Part shown: piece after piece, positions 28,391 to 38,339 of the stretch
Position numbering within the stretch: the stretch's first letter is position 1
How the letters are laid out: each line of letters starts with the position of its first letter
Assembly (NCBI GenBank): GCA_963706325.1
Contig: CAVPLT010000004.1
Location: 992,001 to 1,056,000 of the forward strand
DNA length: 64,000 nt
Direction of reading: 5' to 3'
Source of the DNA: an uncultured Nitrospiraceae bacterium
GTDB lineage: Bacteria > Nitrospirota > Nitrospiria > Nitrospirales > Nitrospiraceae
Notes under the pieces: generated by a model
Database searches by the model: none
What the model was told of the DNA's origin: nothing
The model's input: the letters and a program-made list of their open reading frames with translations, nothing else
Made by a program: the position numbers and the translations under genes

Positions 28391-30562
28391 GTGCATCTCC
28401 GATCTCTAATACCACGACGATTATGGCTGGCCGCGCTGCTTCCGCTTATGCTGAGCGGCGTTGTAGCGGTTGGTATCGCTTCAGCGGCGGCCGGGGATGG
28501 ACAGTCGGCGCCGAGGCAAGATCTCCCCACCACGCTACCCGAACCTCCAGAGCTGATACGAGGTGTCTTGCCCGATCCAGGTCCTCGTTTCGAGCGACTC
28601 CCTGAAAGCCCGGAGTGGAATCAGTTTGAACGCGGGGTCGCTCTGTACCTTCAAGGCCGGTATGTCGAGGCGCGACTTCACTTCACTACTATCCTTCGAG
28701 AACATCACGAAGCAAAACTCACATCGTCTATCCAAGCGTTCTTAGCAGAGAGCCAGCTCAGGAGCGGCAATGTCGAGATCCGTCCGATCGAAATCATCGA
28801 ACAATACCGGACATTGTTGCGGGAGGATCCGTATTCCACCAACGCCAAGCGGGCGGCCTGGAGAATCGGTGATGTGTATCGCTCGGAAGGCTGGTATCAG
28901 GAGGCCCAGATCGCCTATCAACATGCCCTCGGCCTCTCTGAGCATGATTCATATGATGCCAATCGAGCAATGCTCGGCCTGGGATATACCCTGCGCGGGC
29001 TCGGCAAGTGGAAAGACAGTGCGCAGACATTCGACAACGTCCTGAAACGAACTACGGATCCCACCTTGCTGGCATACGCCTCAATGGGACAGGCGCATAG
29101 CCTCTATCGATTGGGACGCATTAAGGATGCGGAGACGTTATACGAGAGCCTCGCCGGTCGTTGGCCTGTGGTCTTTCGCAAGGATCCCTATGCGTTATTG
29201 CGCTATGCGGATACCGCCGGTGAAGGGCACCGTCCTTCCGTCATGCGCGAACAGCTTCTCCGCTTCTACAATCTCTATCCCTCCAGGCCGGAGAATCCAT
29301 TCGTATTGCTTCACATCGCCGACAGCTATAAGGAGGCCGGTCGATGGAACGAAGCGAGTCTGTTCTACGCCGCCTTGCTGAGTCAGTATCCGGATGCGCC
29401 CGTTATGCCCATGGCCAAACTCCGCTATGCAGACGTGCAGGAGCGCCGCGATCCTGAAGAAGAGGTGATTAATCTGCGCCAAACGGTCACCTCCCGGCTT
29501 TCAAACATTCCGCTCGCGCCCGGTGAATCGCTCAATCCGCGTGAACTATTCGAAAAAAGCGCGCATCAGTACGAAGACTCCGCGGTCGGCAGTGAGGCGC
29601 TGTTTCATCTGGCAGAAGCTTTTGAGAGGGTAGGAAAGCGGGAAGAGGCGCTCGCCACATATGAACAGGTGGTGCTGCGCACGGGAAAAGTTCAGGACGA
29701 TCCGTGGCCCGACAAAAGCGGGGCGCAGCTCGTGACTTTTCTGCGGCCAAGGCTGGAAGCCGCCTTAAAAACACACGACGATTTTGAACTCGTCAGTCTG
29801 TTCCATCGACACGGTCCGCAAGCCGATCGGCTCTACGCAGGAACGGATCTGCTGCTGAAAATCGCAGACGCGCATCAGCGGCTCGGGTTCCCCGTGGAGG
29901 CCGCCAAACTCTATCAATCGCTGATCCGCGATCCCAAAGCCGAGCCATTTCAGGAAGTAGCACTCATGGGACTCGGCCGCAGTTACCTAGCGCAGAAGGA
30001 CATGCGCGCCGCGCGCTCCGTCTTTGAGCGATATCGCCTGCAATTCCCGATCGGGCGATTTGGAGGAGAGGCCGTCCAAAGCATCTTGAAGTGTTTTGAG
30101 GGGGAAGGGAATGTCGCGGGATTGATCAAGTTGGGGCGTCAATGGTTGGAGCATCATCCACGACATCCTGATCGAGGCCCGGTCCTCTCGATGATGGCGG
30201 ACGTGTTCGGGCAGGCCAAACAATATGGCGAGGCGAGCGCGCTCTATGAGGCCATCCTCAAGAGCAGAATCGAGTTGTCTGCGGCCGATTTGCTACGGTA
30301 TGCCGATGCTTTAGTCCACCTGAATCGTCCCGTTCACGCCTTGCCCCTATACAAACAGGCCTTGGTGGCAGGGCTGAATCCGGAACTAGAAGTCTGGGCA
30401 CAATTTCAATTGGTTCGACTCGCGCACACGGCCAAGCGTCAGGATTTAGCGCAGGGCGAGTTGCGTTCGCTTAGTGGAAACACCGATGGCCTCGTCCGAC
30501 GCATGGCCGCCGTCATGCAGGCGGGCCAGCCACTGTTGGCTCCACAGCAGGGAGGTCGGTGA
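28391..30562 (+). CDS. Exported tetratricopeptide-repeat protein
   Basis: N-terminal hydrophobic signal/anchor; many TPR-like helix pairs (A...LG..Y...G...EA...Y); start uncertain. Confidence 0.88.
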   Translation: MHLRSLIPRRLWLAALLPLMLSGVVAVGIASAAAGDGQSAPRQDLPTTLPEPPELIRGVLPDPGPRFERLPESPEWNQFERGVALYLQGRYVEARLHFTTILREHHEAKLTSSIQAFLAESQLRSGNVEIRPIEIIEQYRTLLREDPYSTNAKRAAWRIGDVYRSEGWYQEAQIAYQHALGLSEHDSYDANRAMLGLGYTLRGLGKWKDSAQTFDNVLKRTTDPTLLAYASMGQAHSLYRLGRIKDAETLYESLAGRWPVVFRKDPYALLRYADTAGEGHRPSVMREQLLRFYNLYPSRPENPFVLLHIADSYKEAGRWNEASLFYAALLSQYPDAPVMPMAKLRYADVQERRDPEEEVINLRQTVTSRLSNIPLAPGESLNPRELFEKSAHQYEDSAVGSEALFHLAEAFERVGKREEALATYEQVVLRTGKVQDDPWPDKSGAQLVTFLRPRLEAALKTHDDFELVSLFHRHGPQADRLYAGTDLLLKIADAHQRLGFPVEAAKLYQSLIRDPKAEPFQEVALMGLGRSYLAQKDMRAARSVFERYRLQFPIGRFGGEAVQSILKCFEGEGNVAGLIKLGRQWLEHHPRHPDRGPVLSMMADVFGQAKQYGEASALYEAILKSRIELSAADLLRYADALVHLNRPVHALPLYKQALVAGLNPELEVWAQFQLVRLAHTAKRQDLAQGELRSLSGNTDGLVRRMAAVMQAGQPLLAPQQGGR

Positions 30563-31854
30563 GCGTGACCTTGCAGAGCTCTGACCAAACGCACAATGAT
30601 CTCCTCACGCGCGCCTTTCAAGACTTTGACCAAGCTGCGACGGTCCTTCAACAATCGTATGATGCGTTGACGACCCGGCTTCAGCAAATGGATCTCGAAC
30701 TGGCCCAGACCAATGCCAGCCTTCGCCAACACCTCCGTGAGACCGAGGACATGCGCGCGCACGTCACGGCGGTCTTGGAGTCGTTGGATACGGGAGTCAT
30801 TGTCGCGGACCCTCAGGGCCTTGTCGTTCGATGCAATCATTCCACCGAACATTTGTTGGGCATGTCGCAAGCACAATTGCAGGGAAGGCTGGCGACTGAA
30901 ATCCTTCAAGAGATTAGGAAGGATCATAGTGAGTACCCCTTGATTCTTCCCAGCGGCATCGCCATCGACTTGTCGCAAACCGATCTGACCGATGCCTCGG
31001 GCGCCTTGATCGGAAAGTTAATCCTGGTCCATGACGTGACGCGAGTCCGTCAGCTCGAAGATCGGCTCCAGCGGCGCAATCGACTTGAGGCGATGGGGCA
31101 GATGGTCGGTTGTATTGCGCATGAGATTCGTAATCCCCTCGGCAGCGTGGAATTGTTCGCCTCACTCCTACGAAAAGATCTGCGCGACCAGCCCCAGTTG
31201 AAAATCTACGCCGAGCATATCTCTGTCGCCGTGCAGTCTATGGACCGGTTGTTGTCCAATTTGCTGGTGTATACGAAACCCGACTGTTCCAAGGCGGGAT
31301 GGCATGACACCGAACAGTTGATTCAAGGCGTCTTGACGCTGGCAGCCCACGCCATGGCGCCCGCCTCGATCGAGGTCTGTTGCCGCGTGGATCCTCAGGT
31401 GCCACGGCTCTGGTGCGACGGCGGCAAGATGAAGCAGGTGTTGCTCAACCTCGTGTTGAACGCCGTTCAAGCGATGCCGAAGGGAGGTCTCCTGAGCATA
31501 GCCGTTACCGCCGCCCTAGCATCAGCTACGGACGTCCCCTCAATTCACATGACCATCAGAGACACCGGCTCCGGCATTCCACCGGACTTGCAGTCGCGAG
31601 TATTCGATCCGTTCTTTACGACCAAGGACCAGGGTACCGGGCTGGGCCTGGCGATCGTGCATGCGTTGATCGAGGCCCATCATGGGCGAATTGATGTCGA
31701 GAGTAGTATGGGGCGCGGGACATCGTTTGTGATCACCCTCCCGCGTGGCCCGGTGCCGGATTCAGCGACATCTGTCCGAAGCGCCGCATTGGCCGACCCA
31801 TCGGCGACACCGAGTCGGTTCTTGAGTGCAATCGAAGAGGAGACATACGAATGA
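30559..31854 (+). CDS. PAS sensor histidine kinase, FleS/FlrB-like
   Basis: AHEIRNPLGS H-box; NLVLNA, DTGSGI, FFTTK, GTGLGL; soluble; upstream of its cognate regulator. Confidence 0.92.
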   Translation: MSVTLQSSDQTHNDLLTRAFQDFDQAATVLQQSYDALTTRLQQMDLELAQTNASLRQHLRETEDMRAHVTAVLESLDTGVIVADPQGLVVRCNHSTEHLLGMSQAQLQGRLATEILQEIRKDHSEYPLILPSGIAIDLSQTDLTDASGALIGKLILVHDVTRVRQLEDRLQRRNRLEAMGQMVGCIAHEIRNPLGSVELFASLLRKDLRDQPQLKIYAEHISVAVQSMDRLLSNLLVYTKPDCSKAGWHDTEQLIQGVLTLAAHAMAPASIEVCCRVDPQVPRLWCDGGKMKQVLLNLVLNAVQAMPKGGLLSIAVTAALASATDVPSIHMTIRDTGSGIPPDLQSRVFDPFFTTKDQGTGLGLAIVHALIEAHHGRIDVESSMGRGTSFVITLPRGPVPDSATSVRSAALADPSATPSRFLSAIEEETYE

Positions 31855-33269
31855 GCGTGCAACAGGACGTAGAAGGATCGTCAGCCCTATCCGAGGACGC
31901 GCGAACGGTGCTGATCGTGGATGATGAACCGTCGATGCGGGCGGCCTTGTCGGAGACAGTCCGGCGATTGGGCTACCAAGTCAGAGGCGCCATGGACGGA
32001 GCCGATGCGATCGAACAGCTCGAACGCCTGAAGCCGTGGCTGGTGGTCACGGATCTGAAGATGCCGCGGTTGAACGGACTCGAACTGGTCAAGGCCATCA
32101 AACAGAAGGCTCCGCACACGTTCATTATCCTTATGACTGCTTACGGCACGGTGGAGACTGCAGTGGAAGCGATGAAGTATGGCGCCAACGACTACATCTT
32201 GAAGCCCTTTTCTACCGATTTGCTGGAGCGGGTCATTCTCAATTTGCAGGCGACCACGGCAACGGACGAGCAAGAGAATCCGGCCACATTAGAAGCGAGG
32301 CCTATCTTAACCCAAGACCCCGGCATGATTCGGCTCCTCACGACCTTGGAGGGTGTCGCGGCGAGCCAAGCCACCGTGTTGATCAGCGGCGAAAGCGGCA
32401 CGGGAAAAGAGCTGTTGGCGCGCTACATCCACGCGCGAAGCCCTCGCGCGCATCGTCCATTCGTGGCCTTGAATTGTGCCGCGCTTCCGGACAGCCTCTT
32501 AGAGAGCGAGCTCTTCGGGCATGAGCGAGGCGCCTTCACCGGAGCCATTCAGAAAAAACTGGGCAAGTTTGAAATGGCCCACACCGGCACCCTGTTTTTG
32601 GATGAAATCAGCGAGATGAATTTGGGATTGCAGTCCAAACTGCTGCGGGTGTTGCAAGAGCGCGAGGTCGATCGTATAGGCGGGCGGGAGCCGGTGCCGG
32701 TGAATATCCGGGTGATCGCCACGACTAATCGCTCGCTGTACCATGAAGTGACCCAGGGACGATTTCGCGAAGACCTCTTCTATCGATTAAATGTGTTTCC
32801 CGTCACCGTACCTCCGCTCCGTGAGCGGCCTGGGGATATCCCGCTCCTGGCCAGGCACTTTCTCCGCGTTTCGGCTCAACGAAATAGTCTGACAATGCCC
32901 ACCTTGTCCGAACGCGCCGTGGCGGACCTGCAATGCCGGCCATGGAAGGGCAATGTGCGTGAATTGGAAAATGTGATGGAACGCGCCATTTTAGTGGCCG
33001 GCGGGGCCGCCGTGGACGTGGATCATCTGTTGCCCGGCGATGGTACGGTCATCGTCCGGGAACCCGACACGACGGAATCCATTCTACCGTCTTCCAGCCA
33101 CGGATCATTGTGGGAGATGGAGCGCGACCTCATCTTTAAAACCTTGGCCAGGGTAAAAGAGAACCGCACGCATGCCGCAAAAGAATTAGGCATCAGTATT
33201 CGAACCCTTCGGAACAAACTGCGGGAATATCGCGGCATGGGCTATCCATTGGAAGCGGAAAAGTCTTAA
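31851..33269 (+). CDS. Sigma54-dependent response regulator, FleR/FlrC-like
   Basis: REC domain, GESGTGKE, GAFTGA, LGISIRTLRNKL HTH. Confidence 0.92.
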   Translation: MSVQQDVEGSSALSEDARTVLIVDDEPSMRAALSETVRRLGYQVRGAMDGADAIEQLERLKPWLVVTDLKMPRLNGLELVKAIKQKAPHTFIILMTAYGTVETAVEAMKYGANDYILKPFSTDLLERVILNLQATTATDEQENPATLEARPILTQDPGMIRLLTTLEGVAASQATVLISGESGTGKELLARYIHARSPRAHRPFVALNCAALPDSLLESELFGHERGAFTGAIQKKLGKFEMAHTGTLFLDEISEMNLGLQSKLLRVLQEREVDRIGGREPVPVNIRVIATTNRSLYHEVTQGRFREDLFYRLNVFPVTVPPLRERPGDIPLLARHFLRVSAQRNSLTMPTLSERAVADLQCRPWKGNVRELENVMERAILVAGGAAVDVDHLLPGDGTVIVREPDTTESILPSSSHGSLWEMERDLIFKTLARVKENRTHAAKELGISIRTLRNKLREYRGMGYPLEAEKS

Positions 33270-33288
33270 CGCGGCCGATAGCGTGCTG

Positions 33289-33400
33289 GGCAGATTTTTC
33301 CCACGGCGGGCATCCATGCCGGATGTCCTCGTAATACGCTCAAGGCAAACCCCTCACGGAATAGGGACCGTGGCGACATAGGCGCGGTATACAGATTGCA
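33289..33400 (+). promoter_or_regulatory. Sigma54 promoter of the flgB operon with GGCA-N4/5-TGCC-like sites
   Basis: CGGTATACAGATTGCA at 33385-33400; GGCAGATTTTTCC at 33289 and GGCATCCATGCC at 33309. Confidence 0.6.
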
Positions 33401-33441
33401 GCTTCCACACATGACTGAAGTGAAACCCTGGAGCTGGCACG

Positions 33442-33849
33442 ATGACTATTTTTGACCGGACGATGCAATTGCTCGAGCGCTCGTTGGATCTGCGCGGTGC
33501 ACGACAACAGGTCATTGCGGCAAACATCGCCAACGAAGAGACTCCCAAGTATCGCGCGACGGACTTGAATTTCGGTCAAGCCTTAGCGAGCGCCCAGCGA
33601 GGCAAGCTGCCGATTAGCTTGGTGTCCACCAACCAGAACCATATCGGTCCTAAAGGAACCGGCTTTCAACAGGTGGTGGGCCGTATTGAAGAAGTCTCTG
33701 CAGGGGATCTGCCTTTGGACGCCAATTCCGTCAATATTGAACTCGAAATGGCCAAGATGTCCGACAACGCCCAGCAGTACAACACCGCCGCGACGATCAT
33801 CGGTCTACGATTCAAGCAATTGATGACCGCGATTCGCGAAGGACGGTAA
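33442..33849 (+). CDS. flgB: Flagellar basal-body rod protein FlgB
   Basis: RQQVIAANIANEETP.Y.A.D; D.NSVN.E.EM. Confidence 0.96.
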   Translation: MTIFDRTMQLLERSLDLRGARQQVIAANIANEETPKYRATDLNFGQALASAQRGKLPISLVSTNQNHIGPKGTGFQQVVGRIEEVSAGDLPLDANSVNIELEMAKMSDNAQQYNTAATIIGLRFKQLMTAIREGR

Positions 33850-33908
33850 CCACGTGATGTGTGTGCAGCAGCCTCGCTCTTCAACACGTTACAACCAAGA
33901 GGTATGTG

Positions 33909-34358
33909 ATGGATATGACAGATAGTCTCGCCGTGTCGGTCTCCGCCCTCGATGCTCATCGGCATCGATTGAATGTGATCGCCAGCAACCTCGCCAATGC
34001 TCAATCCACCAAAACCAGCACCGGCGGGCCCTATCGGCGCCGGGATGTCGTCTTCCAGGCCACGCCGGTGACCTCTCCGTTTCAACGCGCGTTGAAACAA
34101 GTGGCGACAGGACCTGGGCGTCATGCGTTGGATGGCGTCAAAGTGGCCCGTGTCATCGAAGATCAAAAGCCCGGGCAGACGGTGTATGACCCGCGTCATC
34201 CCGACGCAGACAAAAAGGGTTTCGTTACGATGCCAAACGTGAATGTCATGGAAGAAATGGTCAATATGATCGGCGCCTCTCGCGCCTATGAAGCCAACGT
34301 CCAGGCTATCAACGCGACTCGGACCATGTGGAATCGCGCGCTGGAAATCGGGAGGTAA
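33909..34358 (+). CDS. flgC: Flagellar basal-body rod protein FlgC
   Basis: IASNLANA, GPYRRR, YDP.HPDAD..G.V.MPNV, SRAYEAN. Confidence 0.97.
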   Translation: MDMTDSLAVSVSALDAHRHRLNVIASNLANAQSTKTSTGGPYRRRDVVFQATPVTSPFQRALKQVATGPGRHALDGVKVARVIEDQKPGQTVYDPRHPDADKKGFVTMPNVNVMEEMVNMIGASRAYEANVQAINATRTMWNRALEIGR

Positions 34359-34360
34359 CG

Positions 34361-34675
34361 ATGTCTGACCTGCGCATTGCCGGAGCGAACCTTCCCAGTG
34401 CATTCGAAATCCCGGAGATTCACGCCCCCGGGCAGAGTACCGAGGCCGGTGCGGCGGGCAATTTTATGGGCTCGCTCAAAGAAGCGATCAGCCATATTAA
34501 TGACGCCCAGTCCGGTGCAAGCCAAGCCGTTGACGCGCTGGTCACAGGCCAAACCACCAACATCCATCAAACCATGGTGGCCCTACAGCAGGCTGACGTG
34601 TCCTTTCAATTGATGATGCAGGTGCGGAACAAGTTGGTCTCGGCCTACGAAGAAATTCAGCGCATGCAGATCTGA
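34361..34675 (+). CDS. fliE: Flagellar hook-basal body protein FliE
   Basis: H..MVA...A..SFQ..MQVRNKLVSAYEEI.RMQI. Confidence 0.96.
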   Translation: MSDLRIAGANLPSAFEIPEIHAPGQSTEAGAAGNFMGSLKEAISHINDAQSGASQAVDALVTGQTTNIHQTMVALQQADVSFQLMMQVRNKLVSAYEEIQRMQI

Positions 34676-34724
34676 CGGCGGTTCTCTCGTGTGCCACTCA
34701 CGCGAATAAAGGAATGTCCATCCC

Positions 34725-36281
34725 ATGTTTTCGAAATTCAACCAGTTCACGATCAATCAACGGTTCATCATTCTGTTGGCCCTCGCCGGGTCTGTCGCGG
34801 GCCTGGTGGCGGTCACGCTTTGGACTCAACAGCCGGATATGCAGGTGCTCTTCGCGAACTTGGCGGTTGATGATGCATCGGGGATTATCGACAAACTCAA
34901 GGATGCAAAGGTGCCCTATGAGACGACGAACGGCGGTACCACTGTCTTAGTGCCCAATGCGCAGGTACACGATCTGCGTCTCGAAATGGCCGGTCAGGGC
35001 CTGCCGCACGGTGGTGGGGTAGGGTATGAGATCTTCGACCGAACGACGATGGGCATGTCCGATTTCGTGCAGAAATTGAATTATCGTCGCGCCTTGCAAG
35101 GCGAGTTGGCGCGGACTATTACGCAGATGCCGGAGGTCGAACGTGCTCGAGTTCACCTGGCGATTCCTGAGCGTCGGCTCTTTGCGACGGAACAGGATCG
35201 AGCGCGCGCCTCAATTGTCGTGTCTCTGCGCGCCAGTCAAACGTTGACCAAGGCTCAGGTTCAGGGTGTCGTGCATCTCGTGTCCAGCAGCGTCGAAGGT
35301 CTGCAAGCGCGGGATGTCACCGTTGTAGACGGCCATGGAAATCTCTTGTCGAATACATCGACTGATGAATCGGCAGGACTGTCGGGCACGCAGATGGAAT
35401 TCCAGCGCACCCTGGAGAAGGATATTGAAACCCGCATTCAGACGATGCTCGAGCGAATCGTCGGTGTCAACAAGGCAGTCGTTCGTGTCTCGAGCCTATT
35501 GGATTTTAGAAAAATTGAGACGACAGAGGAGCGCTACGACCCAAATGGCCAAGTCGTCCGCAGCGAACAACGCGGACAGGAACGCTCCAGCGGGGTGAAC
35601 GGCACCTCCGGTGGCGTGCCCGGCGTCGAATCGAACGTGCCCGGAGGCACAGAGGTCGAGGGGGGCCAGACGAGTTCGAACAATAACCAGACGAAGAATG
35701 AAACGGTCAACTATGAAATCAGCCGAACCGTATCCCGTATCGTGGAGCCGACCGGGACGATCAAGAAACTGTCGGTGGCGGTCCTTGTGGACGGCACCTA
35801 TGAGGGCGGAAAAGCGGGTGAGGCGACATCGGACCAGCCAAAGAAGTATGTGGCCCGCTCCGAGGAAGAAATGAAACGTATTGAAGACATCGTCAAAAAA
35901 GCCATGGGTTATTCACCCGAACGACAGGATCAAGTCGAGGTCGTCAGCATTCAATTCGGCCTTGGTGCCGAAGAGCCGGTAGGGACAGCCGTTGAAGCCA
36001 CACCGGATGCTGCGAAGGTGTGGATGCCCTATGCCCGTTATGCCGTGGGCGGGGTCTTGTTCTTTCTGATTCTCTTCATGGTAGTCAGGCCGCTGATGAC
36101 GATGTTGGTGGAATCAGCGCCGGCTTCAGCCGTAGGAGGGACGCCGGCCTTGCCGGCCTCTGTAGGACAGGTCGAAGCCGCCATCAGCGGCAAACAACCG
36201 TCCCAAATTCTGGACATGGCCAAAAATAATCCTGCCAACACGGCCGTGGTCGTCAAACAGTGGCTGAAAAGCAATGCCTAA
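34725..36281 (+). CDS. fliF: Flagellar MS-ring protein FliF
   Basis: VGYEIFD, RALQGELARTI, ARVHLAIP, GGVPGVESN, NYEIS; two TM segments. Confidence 0.97.
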   Translation: MFSKFNQFTINQRFIILLALAGSVAGLVAVTLWTQQPDMQVLFANLAVDDASGIIDKLKDAKVPYETTNGGTTVLVPNAQVHDLRLEMAGQGLPHGGGVGYEIFDRTTMGMSDFVQKLNYRRALQGELARTITQMPEVERARVHLAIPERRLFATEQDRARASIVVSLRASQTLTKAQVQGVVHLVSSSVEGLQARDVTVVDGHGNLLSNTSTDESAGLSGTQMEFQRTLEKDIETRIQTMLERIVGVNKAVVRVSSLLDFRKIETTEERYDPNGQVVRSEQRGQERSSGVNGTSGGVPGVESNVPGGTEVEGGQTSSNNNQTKNETVNYEISRTVSRIVEPTGTIKKLSVAVLVDGTYEGGKAGEATSDQPKKYVARSEEEMKRIEDIVKKAMGYSPERQDQVEVVSIQFGLGAEEPVGTAVEATPDAAKVWMPYARYAVGGVLFFLILFMVVRPLMTMLVESAPASAVGGTPALPASVGQVEAAISGKQPSQILDMAKNNPANTAVVVKQWLKSNA

Positions 36282-36293
36282 CCGATCACGATC

Positions 36294-37289
36294 ATGAGCA
36301 AGGAACTGTCGGGCGCACAAAAAGCTGCGATTCTATTACGGGCCATCGGGGAGGAAGCCGCCGCAAGCGTCATGAAGGCGCTTGACCCGAAGGATATTCG
36401 AAAGCTCGGGTCCTTTATGAAGGAAACGGCGAATATCACCAAGCAAGAAGAAGAAAGTGTGATCGCTGAATTCGAACAGGCAAGTTCTTCCGGCGAAGTG
36501 CAGTTCGAAGGCCGAGAGTTTATGGAAGCCATCTTGAAAAAAGCGCTGGGCCCCGATAAGGCCGCCCGAATGCTGGATTCTCTAAATACTAAGACCTATC
36601 CCGGCATCGATGCCCTGAAATGGGTGGATCCCCGCACCGTGGCGCAGATTCTAAAAGTCGAGCACCCGCAGACAATTGCCGTATGCCTTGGACAGATGGA
36701 AGCGGAGCAAGCAAGCGCCGTCCTCGCTTTGCTGCCGGTGCATCTACATGCCGACGTCTCGCTCCGGCTGGCCACCATGCAGGAGGTACAGCCAGACGTG
36801 CTTGCGGAGTTGAGCGAGAGTCTGCAGGAAATTCTGGCCGCCTCAATGGGAATGTCCAGTATGACGGTAGGCGGAACCGAACTGATGGCCAACATCCTGA
36901 CGCGAGTCGATAAGAACACCGAAGGCGCCATCATGACCAAAATTACCGAACACGATCAAACGTTGGCCGACAGTATTCGAGCGCTGATGTTTGTCTTCGA
37001 TGATCTGATTGACCTGGACTCCCGAGGCATGCAAGAGCTGATGAAAGAGATTAGCAAAGAAGATCTCCCCGTGGCGCTCCGCGGAGCCGCTCCAGAGATC
37101 AAGGACAAGTTTCTGGCTAATATGTCCAGCCGAGCCTCCGAAATGCTGAAAGAAGACATGGAAGCGCGAGGGCCGGTCAAAGTGTCCGACGTCGAAAGAG
37201 CGCAGCAGAACATACTCAAAGTGTGTCGCAAGCTGGAGGAGGAAGGTCGCATCGTCATCGGTGGGGGCGGGGGCGAGGAGTTGATGTAG
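36294..37289 (+). CDS. fliG: Flagellar motor switch protein FliG
   Basis: G.QKAAILL, EHPQTIA, MFVFDDL, NMSSRA, GPV..SDVE.AQ. Confidence 0.97.
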   Translation: MSKELSGAQKAAILLRAIGEEAAASVMKALDPKDIRKLGSFMKETANITKQEEESVIAEFEQASSSGEVQFEGREFMEAILKKALGPDKAARMLDSLNTKTYPGIDALKWVDPRTVAQILKVEHPQTIAVCLGQMEAEQASAVLALLPVHLHADVSLRLATMQEVQPDVLAELSESLQEILAASMGMSSMTVGGTELMANILTRVDKNTEGAIMTKITEHDQTLADSIRALMFVFDDLIDLDSRGMQELMKEISKEDLPVALRGAAPEIKDKFLANMSSRASEMLKEDMEARGPVKVSDVERAQQNILKVCRKLEEEGRIVIGGGGGEELM

Positions 37290-38339
37290 ATGGGAACCCT
37301 TGCCCTGCGAGCATCGTCGGCTCTGTCGTCTGCCCCAGTATCCGAGAAGGAGCTCTCGCCACGAGCCATCTTGGTCGTAGACGATGAACCGGCCATCTGC
37401 TTACTGTTGACCGAAATGCTGAGTTCCACCGGTCACCCTGTGCTCACCGCCCCTTCCGCGGACGAAGCGCTGGCGCAACTGCGCAGACACCCGATTGCCG
37501 TGCTGATTGTTGACGTGCAATTGGCCACCACCGATGGAATTGCCTTCTTGGAACGGGCGCTGGAAGTCGATAGCCGCATTCTGAGCATCATCATGACCGG
37601 GCATGGCAACATCGAGCTGGCCGTTCGTGCCATGAGAGCCGGGGCTGCGGATTTTTTAACCAAGCCGTTTCAAATCGAATTGGTACGTCTAGCCGTCTCG
37701 CGTCTGCTGGAACTATACCGCTTGCGACAAGAGAATACCGTGCTCACGCGAACTTTGATTCGCTCAGGGAATATCCAGTTGCGGACGGTGCCCTTGGCGG
37801 ATTTTAGCCGCGGCAACAAGTTGTTCGGCACCGATGATGTGACGGAATTTGAACGAGGAGTCGCGGAGGGTGAAAAGCGAGCGACGGAACGCGTGTCGGC
37901 CACGCGAAGTCAGGAGCAGGCATTGGTGACCGCGCTCATGGCCCAACTGGAGCACACGTGGCGCGGGTTGCATGAGACCGTGGAAGAGGAAGTCACGTCG
38001 CTGGCATTCACGATCGCCCAGAAGGTTTTACGCGATGTTGTCACCGAGACACGCGATGTCATCGTAGCGCAAGTACGCGCGGCGCTCGCGCATCTGCATG
38101 AAAGCGGGCTTGTGCGAATCCGCGTGCATCCCTCCGATCTCGCCGTGCTGGAGTCCTCCCGGGCCGCATTGAGCCAGACCCCGCACGGGCTTCTCAGTTT
38201 GAAATTTGAATCCGATCCGAGCATCAGCCCAGGAGGATGCCTGGTGCACGCATCAAGCCTATTGGTTGATGCGACATTAGATACGCAACTGCTGCGGCTG
38301 GGTGACGCGTTACGAAAGCGAGAAACCGGTGAAGCTTAG
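37290..38339 (+). CDS. fliH: Receiver-domain/FliH fusion protein
   Basis: N-terminal REC (VVDDE, IVD, MTG, TKPF); C-terminal FliH (FERGVAEG, IRVHPSD, DPSISPGGC, VDATLDTQL); between fliG and fliI. Confidence 0.88.
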   Translation: MGTLALRASSALSSAPVSEKELSPRAILVVDDEPAICLLLTEMLSSTGHPVLTAPSADEALAQLRRHPIAVLIVDVQLATTDGIAFLERALEVDSRILSIIMTGHGNIELAVRAMRAGAADFLTKPFQIELVRLAVSRLLELYRLRQENTVLTRTLIRSGNIQLRTVPLADFSRGNKLFGTDDVTEFERGVAEGEKRATERVSATRSQEQALVTALMAQLEHTWRGLHETVEEEVTSLAFTIAQKVLRDVVTETRDVIVAQVRAALAHLHESGLVRIRVHPSDLAVLESSRAALSQTPHGLLSLKFESDPSISPGGCLVHASSLLVDATLDTQLLRLGDALRKRETGEA

